64,000 nt of DNA from a virus (lineage: Duplodnaviria; Caudoviricetes). The notes beneath the pieces were generated by a model that saw only the letters and a program-made list of their open reading frames with translations, had not been told where the DNA came from and did no database searches. The position numbers were made by a program, and so were the translations under genes. This document shows, piece after piece, positions 35,067 to 45,336 of this stretch. The stretch covers positions 1 to 64,000 of the IMG/VR virus record IMGVR_UViG_2903468256_000002. One strand, given 5' to 3'. The first letter of the stretch is position 1. The number at the start of each line of letters is the position of its first letter.

Positions 35067-35776
35067 TGCGTACCTTTGAGGCCGGCCGGGACGTCACTCT
35101 CCCGGTCAACCTTTTCTACAACGGCCAGCCTGCCGTCCCGGATGCCGGGACGGCAGTTCTGTCTGTGGCCGACCCCGGCGGCGCGGTGATCTACACCGAG
35201 GATCTGGTGACTGGTCCGACCGACGTCGTGATCCTCGTGACGATCCCTGCCGAACACAACCAGATCTCCACGTCCTTCGCCCGTCGCATCGTGAGAATTT
35301 CTGCGGCGCGCTCCGGCGTCCCCTTTGACTCCATCACCGCGTACCGGCTTGTGCCGACCATCCTCTACACCGTCCAACCCAAAGACGTTCGGTCTTTTCT
35401 GGGTGTCAACGAGAGTGAGCTGCCGGACGAGGACGTGGATCTCTCGGGCGCCCTTCTGAACCTTGAATTCTCGGTCTCGCGCACGACCCTGGCCGCCGCC
35501 CTGACATCTGGTGAAGAGGCCGAGCTGCGGGCCAACGAGGCGATCCTGTATCGTACCGTCCTGGACATCATCCCATCACTCGCCAACCGAGTGGCCATGG
35601 AAGAGACGGACGGCGCACTCAGCTTCCGCCGGAACGCCCGCAAGGACTTCTCTGAGCTGAAGGCCGCTGCGGAGAGCCGGCTGTCGGCCGCCATGGCTGT
35701 CATCAGCCCCACGATCGACCCGGGTTACGCGATCCTGATCACGACGGCCGACGCCGACCCGATCACGGGTGCATAA
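35066..35776 (+). CDS. Head-tail adaptor-like protein
   Basis: Position after MCP; coupled start. Confidence 0.55.
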   Translation: MRTFEAGRDVTLPVNLFYNGQPAVPDAGTAVLSVADPGGAVIYTEDLVTGPTDVVILVTIPAEHNQISTSFARRIVRISAARSGVPFDSITAYRLVPTILYTVQPKDVRSFLGVNESELPDEDVDLSGALLNLEFSVSRTTLAAALTSGEEAELRANEAILYRTVLDIIPSLANRVAMEETDGALSFRRNARKDFSELKAAAESRLSAAMAVISPTIDPGYAILITTADADPITGA

Positions 35777-36312
35777 TGGCCAGCCTTCACACCGCCGCCC
35801 GCCGGTTCCAGACGCTGATCTACAAGGAGAATGGCCAGCCCTTCAACGGCACCATCATGCCGGTCGACGACGGCAAGGTGCCGACCTACGACTTCTCGTC
35901 GCCCCGCCTGCTGCTTCGTACAATCGTTGATGGTGTGGTCAAGCCGCGCGACGTCATCCTGGACAGCCTGGGTCGTCGCTTCATCGTCGCCAACAATGGC
36001 TATTCGACCTACGGCGACCAGTTCAGCTGGCGCCTATTCCAGGTACTGGCCGACCTGGCCTGGAAACGAAAGGCCGGCGCGACGGACACGCTGACGGGCC
36101 TGAAGCGCGCACAGCCGTCCCAGGACCTCGGCATGATCCCTTGCACGGTCGAGATGACCGGCCGCGAGTATCCCGAGCCGGCCACCAATCTGTCGGAAGA
36201 GACCCGCCGGATCGTCACCTCGGTTCAGCTGCAGCTCGGCGATCAGGTCGACGACGCCGTCGTGCGCCGGATCGACACGGCGCTCGGGGTTACCTATGCC
36301 GAGATCCGCTAA
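35776..36312 (+). CDS. Head closure/stopper-like protein
   Basis: Position; beta-rich. Confidence 0.5.
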   Translation: MASLHTAARRFQTLIYKENGQPFNGTIMPVDDGKVPTYDFSSPRLLLRTIVDGVVKPRDVILDSLGRRFIVANNGYSTYGDQFSWRLFQVLADLAWKRKAGATDTLTGLKRAQPSQDLGMIPCTVEMTGREYPEPATNLSEETRRIVTSVQLQLGDQVDDAVVRRIDTALGVTYAEIR

Positions 36313-37276
36313 GGCCAAAATCACAGCTACCCTCACGAAGCATGGGTCGTCGGTCCCAGGCGGCACCGCCTCAGCCTCGGTCGGCCGGTCGGTGAACCAG
36401 TTCGTGACCTCCGACATGGGCAAGCTCCCCAGCATCGTCGCTGCCAATCTAGCCAGGACGATCGAGCGGTCGAACCGCACGAATTTCTTTGCCACCAAGG
36501 CCGAGACGCTGGCGAAGCGGATCTCGGACGGCATCGACGCAGAGCTCCGCAAGATCGGCCAGTTCATTAGTTCCGAGCTGATCGGCATCCATTCGGAGAC
36601 TGAGTACGGCGGCAAGACGTCACTCGAAATTGATGAGTTCGACGAGGCTGGCATCATGGTGGACTGGCGCAATCTGGCCAACATCACCCGGCGCAAGAAG
36701 ACCGCCAACAAGGACAAGTTCTTCCTGCACACCTCGGCGCTTCGCTCCGAGATCCGAGCAAAGGCCGGTCCTGGGCTGGTCAACCTGAACTCCGGTTTCA
36801 AGTCCCGAGGAGGGAGCGGAGTGGTCAGCTACGGGTGCGTGACGATCCGTCCTTCCTACTACACTGACGACACAGGCAAGCGCGTCTACAAGATCGCCGA
36901 CATCTCCATCAATCTCCTGGCCGGCGCCCCCGCCAGCGCAGCGCGCGCCGTGTTGACCCAGCAAGTGTTCAACCAGAGCCATAGCGCCGCCGGCAACATG
37001 CCGGTGTTGGCCCGCCTGATGGGTCTAAGCGAGAGCGCGATCAAGAAACTGGAGGGTGGAGTGATCGACCGCAACCGCATCAAGCGGAGAAACCGGAGTG
37101 GCTTCAAGATCGGGTCAGTGGAGAACACATTCACCGGCGATCGCATGAACTTCTACAGGCCGATGCTCGAGCCGTCCCTTGCATACTTTTTCCAGAAAAG
37201 AGTCCCAGCCGCGGTTGAGAAAGCCCTGAACCGCTATTCGATCGGCAAGATCCGTCAGTACGGAGGTAACTCGTGA
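36296..37276 (+). CDS. Neck / tail-completion-like protein
   Basis: Position; basic; C-terminal FYRPMLEPSL motif. Confidence 0.45.
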   Translation: MPRSAKAKITATLTKHGSSVPGGTASASVGRSVNQFVTSDMGKLPSIVAANLARTIERSNRTNFFATKAETLAKRISDGIDAELRKIGQFISSELIGIHSETEYGGKTSLEIDEFDEAGIMVDWRNLANITRRKKTANKDKFFLHTSALRSEIRAKAGPGLVNLNSGFKSRGGSGVVSYGCVTIRPSYYTDDTGKRVYKIADISINLLAGAPASAARAVLTQQVFNQSHSAAGNMPVLARLMGLSESAIKKLEGGVIDRNRIKRRNRSGFKIGSVENTFTGDRMNFYRPMLEPSLAYFFQKRVPAAVEKALNRYSIGKIRQYGGNS

Positions 37277-37722
37277 GCTACATGAATGTCTGGACGTCCC
37301 TGGCGGCGTACGTGAACCAGCAGATCCAGATGATCGCCGCCAACGGCATCACGCCGGCCGAGAGTATGCTGATGTTCGATTGGGAGGATCACGCCAACAT
37401 CGAAGAGGCACCGGCGAAGCACCTGATCGGTCCCGCCTCACTCGCGCTCGACGAGATCTCCAACGGGATATACAGCGCTACGTTCGTGATCGGCGTCGGC
37501 TCCTTCAGCGACGACGGTCTCTTCGTCCACCGCCGGATGGTGGACTTTCTCTTCAAGTCATTGATGTCAGGAACGCGGCTGTCGGTCTTCGACAGCCAAA
37601 CTGAGCAGGCCTACAGCTGGCTCAAGATCGTAGACGGGACGTCGGTCGCCCCGATGACCAAGGCTAACACCAGAGCCTTGCAGTTCATTCAAGCCGAGGC
37701 GTTGGTCGACCCTATGGTATAG
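37273..37722 (+). CDS. Tail terminator-like protein
   Basis: 149 aa immediately before the major tail gene. Confidence 0.55.
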   Translation: MSYMNVWTSLAAYVNQQIQMIAANGITPAESMLMFDWEDHANIEEAPAKHLIGPASLALDEISNGIYSATFVIGVGSFSDDGLFVHRRMVDFLFKSLMSGTRLSVFDSQTEQAYSWLKIVDGTSVAPMTKANTRALQFIQAEALVDPMV

Positions 37723-37880
37723 TGGGCCTGCAAGATGGCCCGGTTGGTCTCGTCTTCTTGAGCGAGAGCCGTCTCAATAAGCGTGACGATTTCAGCGGAC
37801 AAGGATCGACGGAGAAAGGTTGAACGGCGCTCCAGGAGCTCCTTCAACTCGTCGTCCACGTTTACAGTAATGCGCTTCAT
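37689..37880 (-). CDS. Arc-like ribbon-helix-helix DNA-binding protein
   Basis: MKRITVNVDDELKELLERRSTFLRRSLSAEIVTLIETAL. Confidence 0.75.
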   Translation of the reverse strand: MKRITVNVDDELKELLERRSTFLRRSLSAEIVTLIETALAQEDETNRAILQAHYTIGSTNASA

Positions 37881-37986
37881 TTTACACCATTGTGCTGCAC
37901 AGGTTCGTTGCTCATGTAGGTGGTGGTGCCCACCTAACAAGCGCGATTGAAAGATCATTCTGCGCCGATTTCAAAAGGAGCACTCC

Positions 37987-38784
37987 ATGGCCGGTAACGC
38001 CAAAACGAATAAGTTTATGCTTTCGACGGCGACCGTCATGCTTGGCGCCCTCGCTGACCTTCACAAGCTGAACCCGATGGAACATTCGATCGGCCTCGTG
38101 AAGAACTTCCAGCTGACCGGCGAAGCCGCGTACACCGAGCTGACCCAGGGCATCCGCAACGCGGTCGTCATGTCTGTCCGCACGGGCGAAGGTCTCAAGA
38201 CCTCGTGCGAGGTCTACGAGTTCACGGCGAAGAACCTCGCCTACGCCGCCGGCCTCGACGCGTCGGGCGCCACTTACGAGACCGTGGATGAACTGTCGGC
38301 TCTCAAGACCGCGACCGACGCTGATGGCGACACGCTGGTTCTGGCCACCGCGCCGACCACGCCGCTCGTCGCCGGCGACTACATCTTCGTCCAGAAGGGC
38401 CAGGACGACTATGTCCACGTCGCCAAGGTCGCTTCGTATGTCTCGACCGTCGACCCGACGATCACGCTGGCCGAGGGCTTCGAAGTCCCGACCGGCATGA
38501 CCTTCCCGGTCGGTGCCCGTATCGGCCGTCTGATGCGTGTCGACATCGGCCAGAACGTGACCCAGCCGGACCTGGCCTGCAAGGTCACCGGCATTCTGCC
38601 GAAGGACAACACACCCTTCACCATCCTTCTGCCGAAGGTGAAGGTTACCCGCGGTCTCGGCATCTCCTTCGCGTCGGACAACTTTTCGAACATGCCGTTC
38701 GAAATGCAGCCCTACGAGATGGTCACGACCGATCCCTTCTACGGGGAATACGGTCAGGGCCAGGCGGTTCTTCTGGCCCGCTAA
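37987..38784 (+). CDS. Major tail (tube) protein
   Basis: 265 aa, strong codon bias, AAGGAG SD, followed by a terminator and chaperone genes. Confidence 0.75.
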   Translation: MAGNAKTNKFMLSTATVMLGALADLHKLNPMEHSIGLVKNFQLTGEAAYTELTQGIRNAVVMSVRTGEGLKTSCEVYEFTAKNLAYAAGLDASGATYETVDELSALKTATDADGDTLVLATAPTTPLVAGDYIFVQKGQDDYVHVAKVASYVSTVDPTITLAEGFEVPTGMTFPVGARIGRLMRVDIGQNVTQPDLACKVTGILPKDNTPFTILLPKVKVTRGLGISFASDNFSNMPFEMQPYEMVTTDPFYGEYGQGQAVLLAR

Positions 38785-38807
38785 TTTCCAAAACTGCGTA
38801 GAACAAG

Positions 38808-38848
38808 ACCTCGCCCGTGACTACATCACGGGCGAGGTTTTTCTTTTC
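38808..38848 (+). terminator. Intrinsic terminator after the tail tube gene
   Basis: ACCTCGCCCGTGA-CTACA-TCACGGGCGAGGT followed by TTTTCTTTTC. Confidence 0.9.
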
Positions 38849-38860
38849 TAGGAGCACTGA

Positions 38861-39274
38861 ATGTCCGACGTACAGGACCGTATCGAGATCACACAAGACG
38901 GCGAAACACGCGAGATCTTCATGTCCTTCGGGCTGCTGAACGAGGTCACCACGTTGATGGGTGAACCGGCAACTGCTGCCAGTGTTTATTTCGCCCCCAA
39001 GCTTCGTGAGCAGGTGCTCCTTGCAGCGCTCCACAAGCGTACCAAGACGGGCAAAGTCGAGGCGCCGATTGGATCGCTCGACGATGTCGAGATCTCGATG
39101 TCTGACATGGAAGCCCTCCTGGCATGGGAGGTCGATCACGCCATCGGTTTTTTCACAAGATCTATGGATCGGGTGGTGAAGTTGAAGGGGGACCTCGAAA
39201 GTCTCAATCAGGGCGCGTCTTCACTGAATGGGTCTCCAGTCTCTCCTTCGAAGAAGCAATCATCTGGACGCTGA
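38861..39274 (+). CDS. Tail assembly chaperone (gpG-like)
   Basis: Position between tube and tape measure; AGGAG SD. Confidence 0.75.
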   Translation: MSDVQDRIEITQDGETREIFMSFGLLNEVTTLMGEPATAASVYFAPKLREQVLLAALHKRTKTGKVEAPIGSLDDVEISMSDMEALLAWEVDHAIGFFTRSMDRVVKLKGDLESLNQGASSLNGSPVSPSKKQSSGR

Positions 39275-39525
39275 AGGTGAAGCCAAGCGATCTGCGCGAG
39301 GTCTACTGGGATCACACCTACAAGGACCTCGTCACGATCGTCCGGCTGAACACGGAAGGGAAGGTAGCGGAACTCGGTCAGCACTTTGACAACCTGGCAA
39401 CGGTGGTGTCGAAGGCTCTCGGTGGCTCCGACGATGACGATGCCGATGAAGACGTCACAGTGATCGAAAGCTGGGACGACCTCGCGGCAGCATTTAGAAC
39501 GCTAGGGGGTCAAGTTGGCGCTTGA
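39148..39525 (+). CDS. Frameshift extension of the tail chaperone (gpGT-like)
   Basis: Open -1 frame without a convincing start; in-frame slippery heptamer T TTT TTC at 39148-39154. Confidence 0.55.
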   Translation, partial: FFHKIYGSGGEVEGGPRKSQSGRVFTEWVSSLSFEEAIIWTLKVKPSDLREVYWDHTYKDLVTIVRLNTEGKVAELGQHFDNLATVVSKALGGSDDDDADEDVTVIESWDDLAAAFRTLGGQVGA

Positions 39526-42500
39526 GCAGAACGATATCCGGTACGGCGTCGACATCGACCTGCAGGATAGTCTTCAAGCAATCGACAAATTCCAGGGTAA
39601 GCTGCGATCCTTCGGCGACGACCTGGCCGTCAGCGCCACCCAGGTCCAGCAGCAGATGCGCAAGGCGGCGCAGGAATACGTCTCCTACATCCGCAAGCTG
39701 GAAAGCGAGATCAACTCCCTGAAAAAGCAGGGGCAGGACACCTCCGCGCACGATGCGCGCCTGTCCCAGATCCGCAACCGTCAGCGCTCGGCGCCGGCCG
39801 CCGTAGCCGGCGACTACGCGAGAGGCTCGGAACAGTCCCAGGCTAACCGCGCTGTCTTCCAGCGCGAGATCAACGAGATGAAGTCCACCACCAACCAGTT
39901 GGTGGGCAAATACTTCGACGAGTTGAACGCCACCTACCTCAAGTCCGTCAAGCGCTCGCTCACCAATCTGCAAAGTGAGGAGACACTTCTCCGCAGTCGG
40001 ATGAACGACCGCAACTCGCGCGCGACCATGGGTGACGCCGCCTACGGCTTCATGAAGCAAGGCGAGCGCCGGAACCTCAACGGCGGCGCCAACCAGTTCC
40101 TGTCCCAGGCCGGCATCCTGAACAACTACGCCCTGGTCGGTGGTGCCTACAGCGCCGCCTTCAGCCTTGGCAACTTCATCACCAAGCTGGACGAGCAGTT
40201 CAAGCAGTTCCAGGCGATCACCGCCTCGACCAACAGCGAAATGGGGCTGATGGAAGACCGGCTCCTCTCGGTGTCGGAGAAGACCAAATTCACAGCCAAC
40301 GAGATCGCCGAAGCCGCGACCCTGATGGGTCAGGCCGGTCTGTCGGCCGGCGAGGTCTCCGCATCGATCGAGCCAGTCGCCAAGCTGGCGACCGCCGCCG
40401 GCACCGAGCTGAAGGACGCCGTCGATCTCGTCACCACCTCCCTGAACGTCTTCGGACTTCAGGCGGGCGAAGCCGGTCACCTGGCTGATGTCTACACCGC
40501 GGCCCTGAACGAGTCCAAGCTGACGCTCGACCAGCTGTCGGCCGCCATGCAGTACGCCGGCAACACGGCTGCAACCGTTGGGGTCAGCTACAACGAACTG
40601 ACCGCTGCGGTTGGTGCGCTCGCCAACGCCGGCATCCGCTCCGGCTCGACCATCGGCACCGGCCTTCGCCAGCTCCTGGTGGATCTGATCACGCCGTCCA
40701 AGAACCTGAAGGCCGAGCTTTCCCGCCTTGGCCTGTCGCTGGAAGACATCGACGTCAAGTCGCATGGCCTCTCGGGCGTCATGGAGAACCTCAAGAATGC
40801 GGGCTTCGACACCTCCAGCGCCTTCAGCGGCCTCGAGGTTCGCGCCGCCGCTGCCTACACAGCGCTCTCGAACAATCTGGACACCATGTCGGAGCTCCGG
40901 CAGTCCTTCCTTCTGACGAACGCTGCCGCCGAGGCGAACGCGACCCAGATGGAGTCGCTCACCAACACCGCCAAGAACTTCGGCTCGAACCTCGGCGCCT
41001 TGGTCTACACGGCCTTCCAGCCTTTCATCCGCACCCTCCAGAACACGGTCTCCGCCGGGGCATCGGTGCTCGCCTGGCTGCGTGAGCTTCAGCCACTGGT
41101 CCAGATCGTGGGCACGACCTTCGCCACGCTGGTTTCAGCTTCGCTCCTGGTCAAGCTGGGCAGGCTGGTCGCCGGTCTAATCGGTATCGGCACGGCGGCG
41201 ACCGGCGCGGCCGGCGCCATGGCGGCGCTCCGCGCGGCCACGTTGGGTAATCCGATCTTCCTCGGCGCCACTGCCTTGATTGTAGGTCTCCAGCTCCTGT
41301 CGACCTACGGGGACACCGTCGGACACGTGGCTTCGTCTCTCGACAAGCTCAAGACCGAGCAGAACGAATATCAGGCGTCAATCGACCAGACCAACGACCG
41401 GCTCACGAGCCTGTCCACGACCATGGACGACCTGGCCCTGAAGCAGAAGAACCTCGACAACGGCAGCGAGGTCCTGCGCAAGACCAAGATCATGGAGGTG
41501 CTGTCCACCTTCCAGGAACTGACCGGCAGTATCGACGCTTCGTCGGCCTCGGTCGCGGACCTGATCAAGGCCATGCAGACCCTCAAGGCCGAGATGATCA
41601 AGGGTCTGCCCGGACAGTTTGGCCTGCTGGTCGACAAGATTGATGAGAAGACCGGGCTGCTTCGCGAGGCCGCCTCCGATCAGGCGCGGGGCGACAGCTA
41701 CTGGACGACCTCTCTCGGCGCTTCTCGGCGCTTCGGCGTCGGCGGCGCGGTCGAGACCCGAGACATCCCCTCCTACAACGACAAGGTTGCCCAGGAGTTC
41801 GGCAAGGACATCGCTGAAGCCTTCCAGATGTCGACCAACCAGACGGATCTGGACAAGGTCGATGGACAGCGCGCCCAAGCCTTGGCGGTCATGCTTGAGC
41901 GGCTGATCCTCGGCACCGAGCGGAAGATCAAGCCTCTCGACGCGCGCAGCGGTTTCCTCGGCGTCGGCGGCGACCTGTCTGAAGACGAAAGCACACAGCT
42001 CTCCACCCTCAAGAAGAACCTCGACTTTCTGCAGTCGCTCAAGAAGGGCTTCGAGCCGATCTCCAACTACCTGGTGCAGATCCAGGCGGAGAAGGCCGAT
42101 CGCTCCGTCCAGGTTTCCAAGCAGTCCGCTGCCTCGCTCCAGAACACCGCTGGCTATCAGGCGGGCGACCGGGCGAAGACCGAGACCAAGCAGTACCTGC
42201 AGAACCAGCTCGGTGAGATCATCAGCGCCGACCTTCCGATCGAGCAGACGAAGGCCGCTTACGACGACCTGGAGACCGAGCTCAACAAGCGCATCGAGAA
42301 GATCAATGCCGATCTGAAGTCCGCGGCCGATGAGATGCGCAAGTCCGGAGAATTCAGCGAGAAGGAGATCGCGGACGCGGTTAACGGCAGCGAGCTGAAG
42401 ACCGACATCGCCGGCTTGCAGGGGGCGTTCAAGAAGGGCGCCGAGGGCTCGGTCAAGGCCTTCAAGAAGTTCCAGGCTTACATGATCGAGGAGGAACAGA

Positions 42501-44953
42501 AGAACGTCGAGAAGCAGGTCGCCGCGACAAAGAAGCAGCTCGGTGACGCTCAGAACGAACGCCAGGTCGATCTCCTGGAGAACCAGCTCTACGGCCTCGA
42601 CACCAAGCTGGCAAAGCTGGAGCAGGATGCCTTTGACGCTGATCCCGACAAGGACGTCGGTACCAATGATGCCGATCTGGAGCTGGCCAAGCGCAAGATC
42701 CGTGACGAGCAGAAGACCCGCCGTGATGACCTCGTCCAGTCGGTGATCGAGAAGCGCGCCGACCTGGCGAAAGCGGCCAACGAGACTTTCGACGACAACC
42801 TCAATGACCAGCTGAAGCGTGTTCAGGACGAGATGAAAAATCTCGCCCAGTCGATCGATAACAACTCGACCGAGGAATACATCAAGACGGTCAGGGACAA
42901 GCTGAACGAGCTCAACGAGAAGGCCAAGGCACTTGCCGGCCAGATCGCTGGTATCAACGTCGGTCAGGACTTCGGATCGTTTGCTGTGGGTGGCTTGCCG
43001 ACCGCGGGCGCCACCGACATCCAGCGCCAGATTATCGAGGCGGCCAACAAGGCCGGCATTCCCCCACAGATCGCGCTCGCTATCTCGTCCTTTGAGACGG
43101 GCGGTACCTTCGATCCGTCGTCGAAGAACCCGAACTCGTCTGCCGCCGGCCTGTTCCAGAACACGGACGACAACTGGGCGAGCCATGGGCTGCAGGCTGG
43201 TGATCGCAGCAGCATCTCCATGCAGATCTTCGCCGGTATTCAGGACATGCTGCGCACCCAAAAGGAGCTCGGGTCCACCCAGCTTTCCTTCAAGGATTAC
43301 TACGGCTCGCACCTGCTCGGCCAGGGTGGCTACGGGAAGGTGTTGGCGAACCCGAACGCCAACGCAGTCGGCCTTCTTGGATCCGAGGCCGTCGCCGCCA
43401 ACGGGGGCAACATCCAGCAGACCGCGTCCGAGTTCCTGGACATGGTCTACAAGAAGGCCGCGGTCCACCTCGAAAAGGTGAAAGGCATGGTCCAGAAGCC
43501 AATGGACGCTGCCGACGACGCCCTGACCACGCAGACCGACAATCTCACCGAGGGCGCGCGTGACGCCGTGCGCTCGGCCGGCGAGAAGATCCAGAAGAAC
43601 CAGATCAAGACGGCCACCAAGCTGCTCGACAGCCAGGCCAAGGCGATCGAGGCCCAGATCAACACCCTGATGGTCCAGTCCTCCAAGGCTCAGGACCCAC
43701 AGGCCCTCCAGTCGATCATCGATCAGGTGAAGGCGAAGTGGGCCGACATGACCGAGAAGGAGGTCGCCTCGTTCACCAAGGCCAACAAGGGCACCGATGG
43801 TTTCGATGAGCGCCTCGCTGGTCTGAAGGATCAGCTGGAAAGCGGCCTGGGTGGCAAGATCGTCACGCTGCTCGATCGCTACCAGCAGTCGATCGAGAAC
43901 ATGGAGTTCAAGCCGCTTGAGGACGCCCAGGCGAAGCTCCAGGCCGCGCAGAACCCACTGTATGCGAACAAGTTCTCCGACGTCCAGGTCCAGGGCATGC
44001 AGCATGACGTCCAGCTCCAGGAGCAGGCCGCCCAGCAGGAGCGCCTGAACCAGCTTGAGCAGCTCCACGCCTACATCCTCCAGCAGGTGTCCGCGGCCGA
44101 GCAGCAGTACGGCGCCAACAGCCAGATGGTCCAGGCCCTCAAGGAGCGCCAGTACTCGGTCGAGCAGAGCCTGACTGGCGTGCGCCGGCAGGCCACGGCT
44201 GACACCGAAGCAGCTGCCCAGGGCGAGATGACCTTGAGCCAGGCGATCGAGGCCGCCAACCGCGCCTGGATGCAGCGCAACGGCCTGATGGACGCCAATG
44301 GCAACTTCATCTCGTACGCGCAAAGGGCCGGTGAGGCTTGGGGCCAGGTGCTCGACGGTCTGACGAGCTCTATGTCCACGCTGTTCACGGATCTGGCGTC
44401 CGGCTCGATGTCGGCCGGCGAGGCCTTCAAGAAGTTCGGCCTGTCCGTCGTCCAGATGCTCATGCAGATGATCGCCAAGGCGCTCGTCTTCAACATGCTG
44501 CAAAATCTCATGGGTGGTGCAGATAGTGGCGGCGGTGGCGGCTTCCTCGGCATGTTGTTCGGTGGCGGGAACGCAACCGGCCAGTACATCGCCGGCGTCA
44601 AGCGGGCCGCCAATGGCGAGATGATCACGGGCGCGAGCACGCCGTTCCGCGATAGCCAGCTCCGCATGGTCCAGCCTGGTGAGATGATCCTGCGCACCTC
44701 CGCCGTGAACCAGATCGGCCGGGACGCCCTGGAAAAGGTCAACGCGCTCGGCAACCGCCGGATGTCCGCTGGCATGCCAACCTTGCCCGCCCAGCCCCCG
44801 GTCGATCAGCGCCCTATCAACGTCTGGGCGGTCCTGCCGGAAGAGAAGCCGCAGCTCGGGCCAGACGACGTGGTGGCCTACATCGGCGACGACATCCGCC
44901 GACGTGGCGTAACGCGCAAACTTATCCAGTCGATTGCTTCAGGGAAGATGTGA
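39515..44953 (+). CDS. Tape measure protein with internal lytic transglycosylase (SLT-like) domain
   Basis: 1812 aa helical, TP901-type repeats (TKFTANEIAEAATLMGQAG); IALAISSFETGG...SSAAGLFQ SLT motif. Confidence 0.92.
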   Translation: MALEQNDIRYGVDIDLQDSLQAIDKFQGKLRSFGDDLAVSATQVQQQMRKAAQEYVSYIRKLESEINSLKKQGQDTSAHDARLSQIRNRQRSAPAAVAGDYARGSEQSQANRAVFQREINEMKSTTNQLVGKYFDELNATYLKSVKRSLTNLQSEETLLRSRMNDRNSRATMGDAAYGFMKQGERRNLNGGANQFLSQAGILNNYALVGGAYSAAFSLGNFITKLDEQFKQFQAITASTNSEMGLMEDRLLSVSEKTKFTANEIAEAATLMGQAGLSAGEVSASIEPVAKLATAAGTELKDAVDLVTTSLNVFGLQAGEAGHLADVYTAALNESKLTLDQLSAAMQYAGNTAATVGVSYNELTAAVGALANAGIRSGSTIGTGLRQLLVDLITPSKNLKAELSRLGLSLEDIDVKSHGLSGVMENLKNAGFDTSSAFSGLEVRAAAAYTALSNNLDTMSELRQSFLLTNAAAEANATQMESLTNTAKNFGSNLGALVYTAFQPFIRTLQNTVSAGASVLAWLRELQPLVQIVGTTFATLVSASLLVKLGRLVAGLIGIGTAATGAAGAMAALRAATLGNPIFLGATALIVGLQLLSTYGDTVGHVASSLDKLKTEQNEYQASIDQTNDRLTSLSTTMDDLALKQKNLDNGSEVLRKTKIMEVLSTFQELTGSIDASSASVADLIKAMQTLKAEMIKGLPGQFGLLVDKIDEKTGLLREAASDQARGDSYWTTSLGASRRFGVGGAVETRDIPSYNDKVAQEFGKDIAEAFQMSTNQTDLDKVDGQRAQALAVMLERLILGTERKIKPLDARSGFLGVGGDLSEDESTQLSTLKKNLDFLQSLKKGFEPISNYLVQIQAEKADRSVQVSKQSAASLQNTAGYQAGDRAKTETKQYLQNQLGEIISADLPIEQTKAAYDDLETELNKRIEKINADLKSAADEMRKSGEFSEKEIADAVNGSELKTDIAGLQGAFKKGAEGSVKAFKKFQAYMIEEEQKNVEKQVAATKKQLGDAQNERQVDLLENQLYGLDTKLAKLEQDAFDADPDKDVGTNDADLELAKRKIRDEQKTRRDDLVQSVIEKRADLAKAANETFDDNLNDQLKRVQDEMKNLAQSIDNNSTEEYIKTVRDKLNELNEKAKALAGQIAGINVGQDFGSFAVGGLPTAGATDIQRQIIEAANKAGIPPQIALAISSFETGGTFDPSSKNPNSSAAGLFQNTDDNWASHGLQAGDRSSISMQIFAGIQDMLRTQKELGSTQLSFKDYYGSHLLGQGGYGKVLANPNANAVGLLGSEAVAANGGNIQQTASEFLDMVYKKAAVHLEKVKGMVQKPMDAADDALTTQTDNLTEGARDAVRSAGEKIQKNQIKTATKLLDSQAKAIEAQINTLMVQSSKAQDPQALQSIIDQVKAKWADMTEKEVASFTKANKGTDGFDERLAGLKDQLESGLGGKIVTLLDRYQQSIENMEFKPLEDAQAKLQAAQNPLYANKFSDVQVQGMQHDVQLQEQAAQQERLNQLEQLHAYILQQVSAAEQQYGANSQMVQALKERQYSVEQSLTGVRRQATADTEAAAQGEMTLSQAIEAANRAWMQRNGLMDANGNFISYAQRAGEAWGQVLDGLTSSMSTLFTDLASGSMSAGEAFKKFGLSVVQMLMQMIAKALVFNMLQNLMGGADSGGGGGFLGMLFGGGNATGQYIAGVKRAANGEMITGASTPFRDSQLRMVQPGEMILRTSAVNQIGRDALEKVNALGNRRMSAGMPTLPAQPPVDQRPINVWAVLPEEKPQLGPDDVVAYIGDDIRRRGVTRKLIQSIASGKM

Positions 44954-45336
44954 TGCAGACGTTCGACTTTCCCTTCCACCTTGTCGAGGATCAATACCCG
45001 TCGAGCTCGACCGTGATGCAGTTCGGCGGTGGCTACCAGTTCGCCACCAAGCCGAATGGTCCGGACCAGATCACTTTCAAGCTGTCCTTCAAGGCCATGT
45101 GGTTCTTCGAGCGCAGCCCTGGCGTCGTGGACCGCGATCGTGACCCGCAGATCAACATGCAGTGCATGCAGGACTTCTACGAGAACCACCGGCTCTACGA
45201 GCCCTTCTATTACTCGCACCCACGCCGTGGCCTTCTCAAGGTCCGCTTCTCGAAACCCCTCCAGATCCCCAAGGGCGTCGAGAAGGGCAACGGCCAAACC
45301 GAACAAGTCAACGTCGAATTGATCCTTCAGCCATGA
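44950..45336 (+). CDS. Minor tail protein (lambda gpM-like)
   Basis: VMQFGGGYQF..KPNGPDQITFKL..., position after the TMP. Confidence 0.75.
   Translation: MMQTFDFPFHLVEDQYPSSSTVMQFGGGYQFATKPNGPDQITFKLSFKAMWFFERSPGVVDRDRDPQINMQCMQDFYENHRLYEPFYYSHPRRGLLKVRFSKPLQIPKGVEKGNGQTEQVNVELILQP

Noticed and set aside
41378-44503. 1041-aa - strand ORF
   Set aside because: Shadow of the tape measure gene; Leu/Val/Gly-rich antisense composition
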